Shown here: positions 33,105 to 44,034 of the stretch, in pieces | How positions within the stretch are numbered: position 1 is the stretch's first letter | Layout of the letters: each line of letters starts with the position of its first letter | Origin: Nitrosopumilus sp. | GTDB taxonomy: Archaea; Thermoproteota; Nitrososphaeria; Nitrososphaerales; Nitrosopumilaceae | Reading direction: 5' to 3' | Assembly (NCBI GenBank): GCA_965214775.1 | Contig: OZ243974.1 | Coordinates: forward strand, 1,024,001-1,088,000 | Length of the DNA stretch: 64,000 bases | Made by a program: the position numbers and the translations under genes | Notes under the pieces: model-generated | The model's input: the letters and a program-made list of their open reading frames with translations, nothing else | What the model was told of the DNA's origin: nothing | Database searches by the model: none

Positions 33105-33461
33105 GGACGCCTATCCTTTGCCTGCCGCTCATGCCAGCCACAGAAACTCTCAACCAAACCAAACACGACGAACCTACACACCAAACACCAAACCATGACT
33201 GTCGCCTGATTCATAACACACATCAAAAAAAACAGATCATGGTTTTGACATTGTACATGTTTTGTTAAAAAAACAACCGGTTCCCGACCATGCATGCCAC
33301 GGCACTGCACTTCCCCCGTTTGTCGTGGCCTAGATGTCTGATAATTTTCCACACATCTTGCATACGCAATCCTTGCCATTCTGGTATCTTTTACAATGCG
33401 GGCATTGCCAGATGTTTTTGACCAATTTTTTGCACGCCTCGAGGTGGTTTGGCCGGCCTTG

Positions 33462-34319
33462 CTAGCCCCCCGTCCCCCTCAACAATTTCATCTTCCATTT
33501 AAGGTATGCTGGATTTGGTGGATACTTTGCGTTTGGCCTGATGTACAACTCTGAGGGAATCGGCTTTAACCACGACTTTACAATCGATGATCCTTGGTCA
33601 CGCAGATGATCCGATACCTCAATCCCATAATCCTCCTCAATTGTTATGGAGCCCCTCTCAAAGGCCACATCGCAAAACCTGCACAAAAGCAACCCGTTGG
33701 AGGGATTCATGGAGTTGGATGCGTCTTTGACCCTCATTACCGCATAAGGCACTATGTGGGCACCTATCATATATTCTGGAATTTTAAACCCACACAGCAC
33801 GCATTTTCCATATTCTCTGAAAAGCTCCTCACGAAAGGCGTTTTGTTTTTGCCTTACAAACACCACACACATCTCTCCCTTTGAATGAAAATTTTTGTTT
33901 TTTATCTCGCGCCTGAACCGGTTGGCAGCATACTGCTCAAGCTTGGTCTTGTCCAGATGCCACACCCCCATCCCCGTATTTTTCTTGTCCAGATGGCGCC
34001 AATCCACGAGTATTTTGGCCCGGCGCAGCCTTCCTACCTCGTTTGCTATCTCCTTATATAGCGCGTTTTCACTCTTGTTTTTTCCATAATCGTCAAATTT
34101 CAAGCAAAGGCCGTCTGCTACAAACCTGTCCAGTTCTGCCTTGGTGTGCCAGATGGGCCGATCCTTGAATTTACTGTGTATGGGATCGCCTGCGATGGTT
34201 CTTTTCTGGTCGCTCTCTATCTGGGTTATGGGCCGGCCTATGCGGTTCAGACCCTCCCACACAAACTCTTCTAGGCCGGCAAATTCCGGATGTCTGGTGT
34301 ATTTGCGGGCCCTGCTCAT
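33462..34319 (-). CDS. HNH endonuclease (putative restriction nuclease)
   Basis: Q..FR..L, CVLCG, GAHIVP, NGLLLC..CD.AFERG. Confidence 0.8.
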   Translation of the reverse strand: MSRARKYTRHPEFAGLEEFVWEGLNRIGRPITQIESDQKRTIAGDPIHSKFKDRPIWHTKAELDRFVADGLCLKFDDYGKNKSENALYKEIANEVGRLRRAKILVDWRHLDKKNTGMGVWHLDKTKLEQYAANRFRREIKNKNFHSKGEMCVVFVRQKQNAFREELFREYGKCVLCGFKIPEYMIGAHIVPYAVMRVKDASNSMNPSNGLLLCRFCDVAFERGSITIEEDYGIEVSDHLRDQGSSIVKSWLKPIPSELYIRPNAKYPPNPAYLKWKMKLLRGTGG

Positions 34320-34363
34320 CAGATTGGATTGGACTGTGAATGATTAATAGGTTGTCTTGAAGA

Positions 34364-34504
34364 TAGTTTGTTGCATAACTCGATTTTTTTACTCGAATTC
34401 ATTCTAAATGATAAATCCAGATAAAAACTACAATTGATCTTGGATCTATTTGTGATCAAAATCAAGGGTTTTTTTGACGAAAAAGAAAACTATGCAACAA
34501 ACTA
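34364..34504. mobile_element. MITE-like element with a 14-bp TIR
   Basis: TAGTTTGTTGCATA / TATGCAACAAACTA. Confidence 0.55.
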
Positions 34505-34736
34505 CAAACGTTAAAAACCAAATAAAGAAAGAAACCCAAACTTGGATTCGTAATTTTAATGAATAACTGTTCTGATGGTAATAGGCAGCCCCTGCCTAGA
34601 GTTGGAGTCACGTCCCTTGCCGGACAGGCATGGAAATCACAACTGCAGACAGATTCATACCTGATTGCTGCCTAGGCAGGGACTATCTTATTATGTTGTT
34701 CTTGGAGATCGGGCACATCTTACATAAGCACAAATT

Positions 34737-35982
34737 CAGTAGTTCCGATTGTGGCCTGAAAATAAGGCAAATTGACAGATTTTTATGATCACTTGGATCT
34801 ATAGGGGGAACTTTTAGCAATTCCTGCATGACAAAAAGTGCCAGGGCCGCTCAAAAGCCGTACGGACACAGGGAGCGCAAGATGTTCCAGAACGCCGTCT
34901 CGGCAGTAGGCATGAAGTTCTCTGACAGACACAACGCAATATACGATGAAACGGATGCAGCTGCGCTTCTGGCAACGATGTCCAAGGAGCGCATGTGCGC
35001 AGAACAGGCCGCAGAGATACTCCGGGACTCTGCAGGCCGCAGCCCCGGCGCCGACTGGCTGCTTGGCAAGCTGGGCCAGGTGGACTATGAGACGATGCAC
35101 AAGAGGGCCGACAAGATCCTGCGCAGGACCGTCACAGACTCCATCAAGGGTGGCCTGATTGGAAAATCCCCGATCATAGCCATCGACAAGACCAAGATCC
35201 CGCGGTACGACCACAATCCGGACATGACCCACAAGATAAAGTACAGGGGGCCGGGCACCCGCACGGCTGAGGCATATATCACTGCAAGAACAGTAGGACA
35301 AAAGCACCAGACGCACCTTGCGTGCCTTCCGGTGACCAGGGACGCGTTTAACCCCGAATTCGTGCGTAAATTGCTGCAAACCATCAAGAGAATGCACATC
35401 AGGCCGCAGATGGTCCTGATGGACAAGGAGTTTTACTCAGTTGACGTACTCAACACGATAAATAATGCAGGATTGCGGTTCATGACTCCTGCAGTATGCA
35501 CCAAGGGAGTTGAGAGGGCCATACAGGAGCACATAGACGGGCACAGGGATGCAGTCAGCAAGTATACCATATCCTCTGGCAGCAGCAAGATAAGATGCAA
35601 CCTGATAATACTGGAAAGGGAGGATAAAAACAAGAAAAAGTTCCACATCGCCTTTGTCACCAACATGACCAACTGCACGCCGGAGGATTTGTTTGAGCTT
35701 CCCGAGGAGTACCGCAAGAGGTGGGGAATAGAGACCGGATACCGGGACGTCAAGAGGGCCATGCCGCGCACCTGCAGTCGGAACGATGCCATAAGACTCA
35801 TACTGTTCTACCTGTCGCTTGGAATGTCTAACATCTGGATGATCGCAAGATCATGGTGCAAAAAAAAGAAGATCAAGCTCAAGGTGCTGCTTGCCCGGAT
35901 TATAAGATGGTGTATGAGACCATGGAACAAAAAGCCCCCCGATCCGGGCTAGGGCAGGCCGGGGTCACAATCGGAACTACTG
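34737..35982 (+). mobile_element. ISH3-family insertion sequence
   Basis: 17-bp TIR CAGTAGTTCCGATTGTG; 5-bp TSD AAATT at 34732-34736 and 35983-35987. Confidence 0.9.
34828..35952 (+). CDS. ISH3/IS4-like DDE transposase
   Basis: IAIDKT, LMDKEFY, YRKRWGIETGYR (YREK motif). Confidence 0.92.
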   Translation: MTKSARAAQKPYGHRERKMFQNAVSAVGMKFSDRHNAIYDETDAAALLATMSKERMCAEQAAEILRDSAGRSPGADWLLGKLGQVDYETMHKRADKILRRTVTDSIKGGLIGKSPIIAIDKTKIPRYDHNPDMTHKIKYRGPGTRTAEAYITARTVGQKHQTHLACLPVTRDAFNPEFVRKLLQTIKRMHIRPQMVLMDKEFYSVDVLNTINNAGLRFMTPAVCTKGVERAIQEHIDGHRDAVSKYTISSGSSKIRCNLIILEREDKNKKKFHIAFVTNMTNCTPEDLFELPEEYRKRWGIETGYRDVKRAMPRTCSRNDAIRLILFYLSLGMSNIWMIARSWCKKKKIKLKVLLARIIRWCMRPWNKKPPDPG

Positions 35983-36749
35983 AAATTTCCAAAAAAGTTT
36001 TGTTTTAAATAAAGAATTGATTCATTTTGTTTTAAAAATAAATTTTGATATAATTCCACTCTAAAGCCTTGCCATTTTAAAACTCTAAACTCAAGATCCT
36101 CAAAATCTTTATCAAAAATTATCAAACAATCGCAACCTGCATCTTTTGCCAATAACGCATGAATTACATCATCGGAGCCCAATCCTTTGAATGCCGAATA
36201 ATTCACATTCTTTGAACCACATCTTGAACATTTATGATAAAACCTGACTTTTCCTTCAGTTCCTTGCAGAACATCAAAAGCCCGATCCATCAATTTATTC
36301 AGATCTGTATGCCTTCCTAATTCAAACTTCAAATTTGGTAATTGAATTAGTTCTCCCATCAATTTTTCATACATTGCTTTACTTGCGTTTTAGAACAAAA
36401 CCTATCTGTTCCACATCTGATCTACCTTTCAAATTGTGCTTTTCTCTGCCTTTTTATGTGCGTAAAACTACGACAACCTCCATTAATGTAAGCGAGGATA
36501 CAATTCCAATGAATTTCCCCTCCTTTATCTCATCTAAAATCCCTGAAGCTAATCTGTATTGATCGAGTTCTTTTTGCTTGCCTACTGAGATTGCTAAGAG
36601 AATATTTGCGTCTAGGTAGGTAACAGGTCGGGCTCTGGAAGTTCAGGCGCGAGTTTTGTTATCTCGGGGAGGCCTCCCGTGTAGATTTGTGCCTAAAATC
36701 AGGAGCAGCTTCCAGAGCCCGACCTGTTACCTAGGTAGGCTTTTTTCAA
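35949..36749 (-). pseudogene. PIN-domain (VapC-like) toxin pseudogene
   Basis: Removing the MITE gives MKKAYLDANI; SDDVIHAL and FDKDF motifs downstream; in-frame TAA at 36454-36456 and a frameshift at ~36390. Confidence 0.8.
36619..36731. mobile_element. MITE family B (113 bp)
   Basis: Perfect 23-bp TIR GGTAACAGGTCGGGCTCTGGAAG; 6-bp TSD TAGGTA; degenerate copy at ~56545-56655. Confidence 0.9.
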
Positions 36750-37555
36750 CAACCCCTGACTAACTCTTCAGAATCAAATTCCTCTGCATCAATTTCTTCA
36801 GATAAAATACCTTTAATACGATCAAAAGATTTTGGATCTAGATCGGGTGCCTTGTCTAATCCAATAGATTTTGCTAATTTCCTTCTAAAACTCTCATCTC
36901 CAAATACGTGCTGTTGTGATGCAACAGCATATACTGGAATCTCTTCTTGCTTATCGCCAAACGGAATTTCATATTCAGAATTCAGGTATGAACTACTTTC
37001 TGTTCTAGTTTTATTCACCTCAGCTTTGATTTTACTTTTGCTAGTTAGTTTTGGATATTTTAGATAAACATCGTTCAAAAGCACTGTCAACGGTTTTTGA
37101 AAATAGCTAGAAGTAATTCCCTTGATTTTTTCCAATTCTGATGAATGACTCTTTACAAAATCTTTTATCAAATCTTTTCCCTTTTCAGTTAATGTGTATC
37201 TGTTAACCGGATGTCCGTATTCTATTATTATAGCAACGGGCAGAAGTCTCTGAGTCAAAGTAGGTCATAACTACACGTAAAAAACCTCAATTATTTCTGC
37301 CCGTTGCTATACTTTGGTGGATTTGACACAATCACGCCTTTCTAATTTTATAAGGCTTGCAGCTAGTTGTTGACTAAAACCTCCATAATTATCCGGCATC
37401 CAATCATCAAAGAACTGCTCATCGTTTAGAACTTCATGTAATAATAAAATTCCAAACTTCTGCAACCTGGTTCTTCCTTCAATATATGGAACAGAATCAA
37501 TCATTGCAAGAAGCCACTTATCTTCAATTTTTAAGAAACCAAAGAACAACCCCAT
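36746..37555 (-). pseudogene. Putative antitoxin (YwgA/Panacea-like) interrupted by a MITE
   Basis: GRTRLQK, YGGFS and Y.LTEKG motifs; removing 81 bp rejoins the two ORFs in frame (KV-IIEY); TTGA overlap with the PIN start. Confidence 0.75.
37231..37309. mobile_element. MITE family A (79 bp, TA TSD)
   Basis: TIR TAGCAACGGGCAGAA; near-identical copies at 49732-49810, 50003-50081 and 54712-54790. Confidence 0.92.
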
Positions 37556-37738
37556 ATTGACTAATCCTCCGATCTTCCCTTTAAATTATTTACACCAGAC
37601 CGGTTGTGCTCGAAGATTATCGAAACTACAATTTTTATGCCCAAATAACTGAAAATTAAAGTTGTTTAGATATACTACATGCTGTATCTAAAATAATTTA
37701 GTAGCAAATTATAAACCAAATCAGGCAGGAAGATCATT

Positions 37739-38665
37739 GTGAAGGCTACCACTCCATTGCTGGCATTGCTCGTAGCAGTAGTAGTTTCTTCTACTGGATA
37801 TTTTGCAAATGACGCCTTTGCTGAAGTTTCTGAAAACCAAGCATTTCTTTTGGAGGGCTCCGGCTTTGCTGTCACTGAAGACGTCATAGAGAGATCGGAA
37901 ATCGATATTGGTTTGTCATCACAAGACAAGCGCGGAAGCTCGATCAATTTTGTAACCAAAGACGGGTTTGTTACTGCAGGCGACGATGATTTTGTAGCCT
38001 CTGAGCTGGAGGGAAAGTTTTTGCGCGAGGGCCGGTATATCAGACTAAACGGCATGATTGAAGGCGCCTCGGGCCTTGATGCGTCGATTAGCTTCTTTGG
38101 CAGGCTAATTGACGCAAGCAAAGACGCATCAGTTTATGGCTTTACTGGACGAATCACGACAAATGACGAGACATACAAAATAATTTACACTGCAAAACTC
38201 TCAACCGTATCAAAAATAAAACAAACTGCAGAAACCGCAACATCTGATGAAAATACGCTTCGCATTCTGAAATTTGCATCGACGCAGGGAATAGATGAAA
38301 ACAAGGCTCCCGGCCAACCAACTGCCGGGACAAAACTGGCGTTTTTCTCCGAAGACAGAATTTCAATTGAACCGGGAACTACAATCACAATGATCAACAA
38401 TGATACGGTATCTCATAGCATTATCAGCGGAAAAGAAAATTATGGTGACAGACACAACCCGTTTACCCCGGACATTGAATACCTGGGCGTGCAAAGAATC
38501 TCTACTGGAACAATTGAGCCGGGGGAGTCTGCGACGATTACGTTTGATGATGCTGGATTTTATCGACTATACGATCCTGACTATCCGTGGATGAAAATTG
38601 TGGCATATGTGTTCCCAAACTCAAACCCGACCATTTTTGGTGACGGACGGAATCTGGGAAGCTAG
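37739..38665 (+). CDS. Secreted protein with a C-terminal cupredoxin-like domain
   Basis: Signal peptide; N.DTVSHS..SG, TFDDAG.Y..YDPDYPWM. Confidence 0.8.
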   Translation: MKATTPLLALLVAVVVSSTGYFANDAFAEVSENQAFLLEGSGFAVTEDVIERSEIDIGLSSQDKRGSSINFVTKDGFVTAGDDDFVASELEGKFLREGRYIRLNGMIEGASGLDASISFFGRLIDASKDASVYGFTGRITTNDETYKIIYTAKLSTVSKIKQTAETATSDENTLRILKFASTQGIDENKAPGQPTAGTKLAFFSEDRISIEPGTTITMINNDTVSHSIISGKENYGDRHNPFTPDIEYLGVQRISTGTIEPGESATITFDDAGFYRLYDPDYPWMKIVAYVFPNSNPTIFGDGRNLGS

Positions 38666-39381
38666 CCTTCTTCCCACTGCCATCGGTAATTCATATATGA
38701 ATCCAAACTGGCCTGATTGAACACCATTACTGACAAATCCGAAAATTCCCTTCCCTCCAAATCCCTTACAACTCCCGAAAAACTGGTCTCATCTCCGGTA
38801 GTCATTGCCTCAAAGACGTGAACTTTCATCTTTGCTGTGTCAAAACCGTTCTCTCTTAGATATATTGCAACCTCTGATGGCATGAAATGCTTGTCAGGCT
38901 GTTTTGGCCACGGCCTTGGAACCAAAATCACGCTGAATCCGTCAACCAACGCCTTTTGCAGCTCCAATTTTTTGCCTTCAATCGGGGCTGTGACATGCAT
39001 TGTGATTACCCTGGATTTGTCCAACGGAACCCGTGCCCTTGAGGCTGCAACCTGAACTGAGCTGATTCCTGGAACAACCTCCACTTCTCCAAAAATCTCA
39101 ATCAGTCTGTCGACTACCTCTGATTCAGAGAAATTCACATCCCCCGTAAACGGAACTACCAGAGATCTGTCTCCAAGCTCCACAAGAACTTCCTGGTACG
39201 CTTTTTCTTGGTCGTTCATTGTGACTTCGCGGATCTCCTTTCCGTCAAGCAGATGCTCGATCGTCTTTAGGGTATACTTGTAGCCAATCACAACATCGCA
39301 ATCCCGGACTATCTCTTTTACGATTTCTGTGACGTATTTTGGAGAACCCGGACCCACTCCGACAGCGTAAACCTTGCCCAA
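38662..39381 (-). CDS. cbiE: Cobalt-precorrin C5-methyltransferase
   Basis: VGVGPG, TGD..FS, VPGISSVQ.AA. Confidence 0.85.
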   Translation of the reverse strand: MGKVYAVGVGPGSPKYVTEIVKEIVRDCDVVIGYKYTLKTIEHLLDGKEIREVTMNDQEKAYQEVLVELGDRSLVVPFTGDVNFSESEVVDRLIEIFGEVEVVPGISSVQVAASRARVPLDKSRVITMHVTAPIEGKKLELQKALVDGFSVILVPRPWPKQPDKHFMPSEVAIYLRENGFDTAKMKVHVFEAMTTGDETSFSGVVRDLEGREFSDLSVMVFNQASLDSYMNYRWQWEEG

Positions 39382-39383
39382 CT

Positions 39384-39875
39384 TTACTCCGTAAAACTCC
39401 GTCTGTCTTTGATATATTGCACAAATGGAGCCCAGTCGACTTTCATGTACTTTGTCGGCTCTTTTGCAGGATACGTTACCCAGTCCTGTGCCACCGAATA
39501 CTGGAATTTTTCTTGTTTTCCGTCTTTCTCATATTCCAAGTACAATACGCTCCCCCAGCCCTTTTCTTCATGAATGATTTTTGAAATATCGTCAAATGAT
39601 ATCTCCACGTTTTTTTCAATTTCTAAATCGGTCATTAGCTCGTCTTCGGCGTATCCGTCATGGATGATCATCGTGTTCCTTGATTTTATTAATTTAATTA
39701 CTTGTCTTGACGTGACTGCCTTCCACCAGTTGGCTTTGGCATCAGTCTTGTGAACAAACATCAGATGCCTGTCAGTAAGGACCAGCATCCCTTCCCTCCC
39801 GCCGATTGAGAACGTCCTCTTTGGCTCCCTCCAAACAGAAACCAAATGTGCTTGAATCTTTTCATCAGAATCCAT
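39384..39875 (-). CDS. Conserved hypothetical protein (PH-like)
   Basis: G.LVLTDRHL.F motif; long ORF in an operon with cbiE. Confidence 0.65.
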   Translation of the reverse strand: MDSDEKIQAHLVSVWREPKRTFSIGGREGMLVLTDRHLMFVHKTDAKANWWKAVTSRQVIKLIKSRNTMIIHDGYAEDELMTDLEIEKNVEISFDDISKIIHEEKGWGSVLYLEYEKDGKQEKFQYSVAQDWVTYPAKEPTKYMKVDWAPFVQYIKDRRSFTE

Positions 39876-39908
39876 AGTCGGTGATTTGTCCGGCTTTGTT
39901 AAAAACTA

Positions 39909-41498
39909 ATGCGCAATTGGCTTTTAAGTAGGCAGACCAGAAAACCAGCGTTGAGTGGAATTTTTCTTGGCATGATTCTTTCACTGCTTGTAATTGGCAT
40001 TGGAAACTATGCGTATGCACAAACTGTAGAGTTCAACCCAGTAAGCTTTACTGATCCCGTGGTGATTCTTCAAACAAGTCTTGGGAACATTACGATAGAA
40101 TTTTTCCCGCACGACGCACACGATCACGTCCAAAATTTCTTGAAGCTTTCCGCATCTGGATTTTATGATGGGACTCTTTTCCACAGAATCATTCCCGGCT
40201 TTATGATTCAGGGCGGTGATCCAAACACGATTTCAGGTGATCAGGACACCTGGGGCCTTGGCGGCCCGGTTGACAAGGATGGTAATCAAAAAAGAGTCGA
40301 TGCAGAATTTAACACAATAAAACACAATCGGGGAATTGTTTCAATGGCAAGATCAGCTGATCCTAACAGCGCCGGCTCTCAGTTCTTTATCGTACATCAG
40401 GATTCAAACTTTCTTGACGAACAATATACCGTATTTGGAAGGATTGCCACCAGTGAAAGCTTTCAGACTCTGGATAAAATTGCCAATGTTCTGACCGGAG
40501 ACAGGGACATTCCGGACAATCCGGAAGCCGTAAGAATCCTTTCGGCACAAATTACAGATCGTGCAAACATTCCTGACATCCTTGAACTACCGGAGCCTGA
40601 AAGAACTCTGTCTGCAGCCGCCACAATGGCCGGAAATCAAAAATTTGAGAGTCCTGAACACAATATTTCGTTGACTGTGCCTGACGGATGGCTGCTTCAG
40701 ACTCCTGACAAAACTGATGCAAATTCTCCTGACGTCGTTGCAGTTGGCCCTAAGGTGGGAGTGATGAATCCGGTAATCTCATTAACCGTCCAAGAGACCA
40801 ATCAAAGGACGTTGGACGATCTAATTGCAGAAAAAGACGCCTCACTCAAAAAAGTGATTGATACGGGAACGCTAAACATCATCTCAAAACAAAAAAAGAC
40901 CATCAATGGGTTTGAGGCATATGAAATTCACGCTGAAGGCTATTTTGAATCAAATGACGAGAAACTCAATGTCAAATTCAAAGAGGTAATGTTTTATGAT
41001 TCTGAGAAATTTTACACTCTGGCATACAGCAACGGCATGGATGACTATGCATCCCAGTTACCGCGGTTTGAGGATGCCGTCTCCACATTTGCAATACTGT
41101 CTGACAAAGAAGATGACAAAGAACCTGACCAAAACGGCGGATGTCTTGTTGCCACTGCAACGTTTGGATCTGAACTTACGCCCCAAGTCCAACAACTGCG
41201 AGAAATCCGAGACAACGTCTTGCTTTCAACTGCCTCAGGCGCCGCATTTATGACCGGATTTAACCAGCTGTACTATTCGTTTTCTCCAGGCATAGCTGAT
41301 TTGGAACGTGAGAGCCCGATGTTCAAAGAACTGGTTAAAACCGCAATCACCCCGATGCTTTTAACGTTGTCTGTAATGGAACACGCAGATTCTGAATCAA
41401 AAGTCCTAGGATATGGAACCGCGGTAATTTTGATGAATCTTGGAATGTATTTGGCAGCTCCTGCAATTGTAGCCTACAAGATTAAAAAAACAATCTAG
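39909..41498 (+). CDS. Cyclophilin-type PPIase with a PsbP-like domain and a CFI-box-CTERM-like anchor
   Basis: FHRIIPGFMIQGGDP, SAGSQFFI; GGCLVATATFGSE, C-terminal TM. Confidence 0.9.
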   Translation: MRNWLLSRQTRKPALSGIFLGMILSLLVIGIGNYAYAQTVEFNPVSFTDPVVILQTSLGNITIEFFPHDAHDHVQNFLKLSASGFYDGTLFHRIIPGFMIQGGDPNTISGDQDTWGLGGPVDKDGNQKRVDAEFNTIKHNRGIVSMARSADPNSAGSQFFIVHQDSNFLDEQYTVFGRIATSESFQTLDKIANVLTGDRDIPDNPEAVRILSAQITDRANIPDILELPEPERTLSAAATMAGNQKFESPEHNISLTVPDGWLLQTPDKTDANSPDVVAVGPKVGVMNPVISLTVQETNQRTLDDLIAEKDASLKKVIDTGTLNIISKQKKTINGFEAYEIHAEGYFESNDEKLNVKFKEVMFYDSEKFYTLAYSNGMDDYASQLPRFEDAVSTFAILSDKEDDKEPDQNGGCLVATATFGSELTPQVQQLREIRDNVLLSTASGAAFMTGFNQLYYSFSPGIADLERESPMFKELVKTAITPMLLTLSVMEHADSESKVLGYGTAVILMNLGMYLAAPAIVAYKIKKTI

Positions 41499-41745
41499 GT
41501 GCGTCCTGGTTCTTTCCCAAAGACTGTTTTGCGCACATCATTGGTGTTATTATTCGGACACCAATAACTGCCACAACTGTGGCCCCTGCATTGTTTGTCG
41601 TTGATTCCAGGCAAATCCTGCAAAAAGCATTCACTCCCAGACACATTTTACTCCGGCCAGAAGAGCCTTCCCCCCAAACCTGCCACCAAAACCCGTTATT
41701 TGGCTTTTCAAAAAATCCCATTTAATGCCCTGCCTTGATCACCAG

Positions 41746-41835
41746 GTAAGAGTTTGCCTCCTCCCGAAAATACGACGTGGTAGGCACGGTGATCAAGGCT
41801 CCGGCCAGCAGTGTCGCCTGAGGGGTAACTCTTAC
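41746..41835. mobile_element. MITE family C (90 bp)
   Basis: TIR GTAAGAGTT / AACTCTTAC; 9-bp TSD GATCACCAG at 41737-41745 and 41836-41844; copies at 6414-6504, ~47168-47257 and a partial at ~53768-53812. Confidence 0.85.
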
Positions 41836-41837
41836 GA

Positions 41838-43196
41838 TCACCAGACATCGTCAACTTCATCAAGAACTTTGTACTCTTTCTCCTCGTCTTTCTTCATAAG
41901 CTTTAATCTTGAAATGTCTCTATCAAAGAACAGGTCAATCGTCCAATCAAGAAAAACCCTGGTTTTCTTTTCTAGCGTTGGCATTTTTGACAAGTAGACA
42001 TTTCTCCAAATCAACCAAGCCCAAAATCCAGAAACATTCATGCCCAAAAACGTGGCTATTCCGGTTCTCTTGCCAATAATTGCCATCTGGCCCTTTGAGC
42101 GATGTTCAAACCCTTCTTTTTGTGAATTCTCAAGTAATGCAGCAAGGTTGTTTGCCGCAGTCTTTGCTTGGGCTTCTGCAGTTTGTGCAGTTTGCGCATG
42201 CGGTCTCTGGGTTTTGGGATCCAGAAACAGTGCGCAATCCCCGATTGCAAAAACCCCCGGGAATTCTGGAACCTCGAGAAACTCATTTACGACCACTTTT
42301 CCCTTCTCGGTTCTGAACATTGATCTTTTGATGGTGTTTACCGGAGTTACCCCCGCAGTCCAAACCAGTGTCTTTGTTCTAATGGAACCGACTATAGAAT
42401 CATTTGTGGGATCACTTGGCGTCTCATCAAGCGATTTTGTGGCAACCTCGTTTCCGTCAAAACTAGTCACTGCGGTCTTTAGCCTGATGTCGATTCCTCT
42501 CTGAGTCATTTTGTCTCTTGCAAATCCAGCCAGCCTTTCATTAAATCCTGGCAAAATCATAGGCAGTGCTTCCAAGACCACGACTCTGAGATCGTCTTCA
42601 TGAATTGTTGGATAGTGCTTTCTTGCATCTAGCAACAAATCCATCAGTTCCCCGGCAGTCTCGATTCCGGCAAATCCCCCGCCTACAACTACGAAACTGA
42701 GAAAGCTTTTTCTCAAAATCGGATCTGTCTCGTTTTCTGCCTGCTCTAGCATGTCAATTACCCTGTTTCTTAGCATGACTGCATCATTGAGAGTCTTCAT
42801 TGTGTAGGCGTTTTTTTCGACATCAGCCATTCCGAAAAAGTTGGTCTCACTTCCTAATGCAACTACCAGAAAATCATAATGAATCGAGATGCTTCGTTTG
42901 TCCCCGGTACCCCAAAGATTTACCATCTTTCCATACGGATCAATGTTTTTGATTCTTCCTTCGTAAAATTTTGTCTTGTGGCAGATGGTTCTAATTGGCA
43001 AAACAATATGTCTTGTTTCAATCATCCCTGACGCAACCTGGGGCAGCATGGGAGTAAACAGCAAGAAATTGTCCTCGCTTACCATCACCAATTCGATTTC
43101 TGGGCTGTTGCCAAATTTCGACTCTAGCTGCCTGGCGCATTCAACCCCGGCAAACCCCCCGCCCAAAATGACAATCTTTTTCTTATTTCGTGTCAA
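41838..43196 (-). CDS. NDH-2-like NAD(P)/FAD oxidoreductase
   Basis: Two GGGFAG motifs, WTAGV, FAIGD. Confidence 0.9.
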   Translation of the reverse strand: MTRNKKKIVILGGGFAGVECARQLESKFGNSPEIELVMVSEDNFLLFTPMLPQVASGMIETRHIVLPIRTICHKTKFYEGRIKNIDPYGKMVNLWGTGDKRSISIHYDFLVVALGSETNFFGMADVEKNAYTMKTLNDAVMLRNRVIDMLEQAENETDPILRKSFLSFVVVGGGFAGIETAGELMDLLLDARKHYPTIHEDDLRVVVLEALPMILPGFNERLAGFARDKMTQRGIDIRLKTAVTSFDGNEVATKSLDETPSDPTNDSIVGSIRTKTLVWTAGVTPVNTIKRSMFRTEKGKVVVNEFLEVPEFPGVFAIGDCALFLDPKTQRPHAQTAQTAEAQAKTAANNLAALLENSQKEGFEHRSKGQMAIIGKRTGIATFLGMNVSGFWAWLIWRNVYLSKMPTLEKKTRVFLDWTIDLFFDRDISRLKLMKKDEEKEYKVLDEVDDVW

Positions 43197-43268
43197 CTGC
43201 GTACCGCTCTCAACAAAATGGGAGAATATATGCTATATGAACAATTTTTCAGGACAGTCCTCGTGCGA

Positions 43269-43934
43269 TCATGCCCTCATAATGTCTGAATGCAATATGT
43301 CGTATGCCCTAGAGGCATCCCCCTCGTTTAGGATAATTACGATATTTTCCTGGCTGAAAAATGCGTTTACCAGTTCTATCCCGTTTGCATGAAGGACCTC
43401 TGCAACATAAGACACCACGTCAGACTGATTATGAGATGATGGAATTGAGATTCTGATCTTTGCCAATCCGGTACTGAACATCCCATCGCGGTTAGAAACG
43501 TTGCTGAAGATCTGCCTGATGTCATCCATGTCCTCTGCTAGGAACCTAAAGGAATCTGAGACCCTAAAGAATTCATAGTTGCTCGTAATCTTTGAGAATT
43601 TATCCAAAATTACTATTGGATCCATCTCGTTTGAGTCCTTTGCAGAAAATTTGATATCCATGATTCCGTCAGTCAATGCCAGCCTTGCATTCTTCAAAAC
43701 CGATTCTTCTCTGATTTTTTCCTTGATCTCAAAACTGTCTGCATAGCGCTTGATTGCAACAACTATGGTGTTGAGATTGACTGGATTTCCTAGAATCTTC
43801 TCGATCTCTGGTTGAATCTTTACGGCCAATGCAGTGTAATTGATCAAATCCATCTTCATACAATCATAAATTGAACGATTTCGAGTGATCATCTCCCGAA
43901 CCGCTTCAGGCACAGATACGCTTGAAACCCTCAT
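43269..43934 (-). CDS. ACT-domain protein
   Basis: INYTALA N-terminus; ACT-like C-terminus. Confidence 0.75.
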   Translation of the reverse strand: MRVSSVSVPEAVREMITRNRSIYDCMKMDLINYTALAVKIQPEIEKILGNPVNLNTIVVAIKRYADSFEIKEKIREESVLKNARLALTDGIMDIKFSAKDSNEMDPIVILDKFSKITSNYEFFRVSDSFRFLAEDMDDIRQIFSNVSNRDGMFSTGLAKIRISIPSSHNQSDVVSYVAEVLHANGIELVNAFFSQENIVIILNEGDASRAYDILHSDIMRA

Positions 43935-44034
43935 CAGGATTATTAAGCTATGTCAGTTATAATAGCATTATGTAAGAAATCAAAGAATCAACGTCAATAA
44001 CTTTATATTATGTCATAGATATTACATTAGTGAG

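Noticed and set aside
32765-33379. His-rich ORFs (HHTHTSYTYII)
   Set aside because: Translation of the microsatellite, overlapping a real gene and a repeat element
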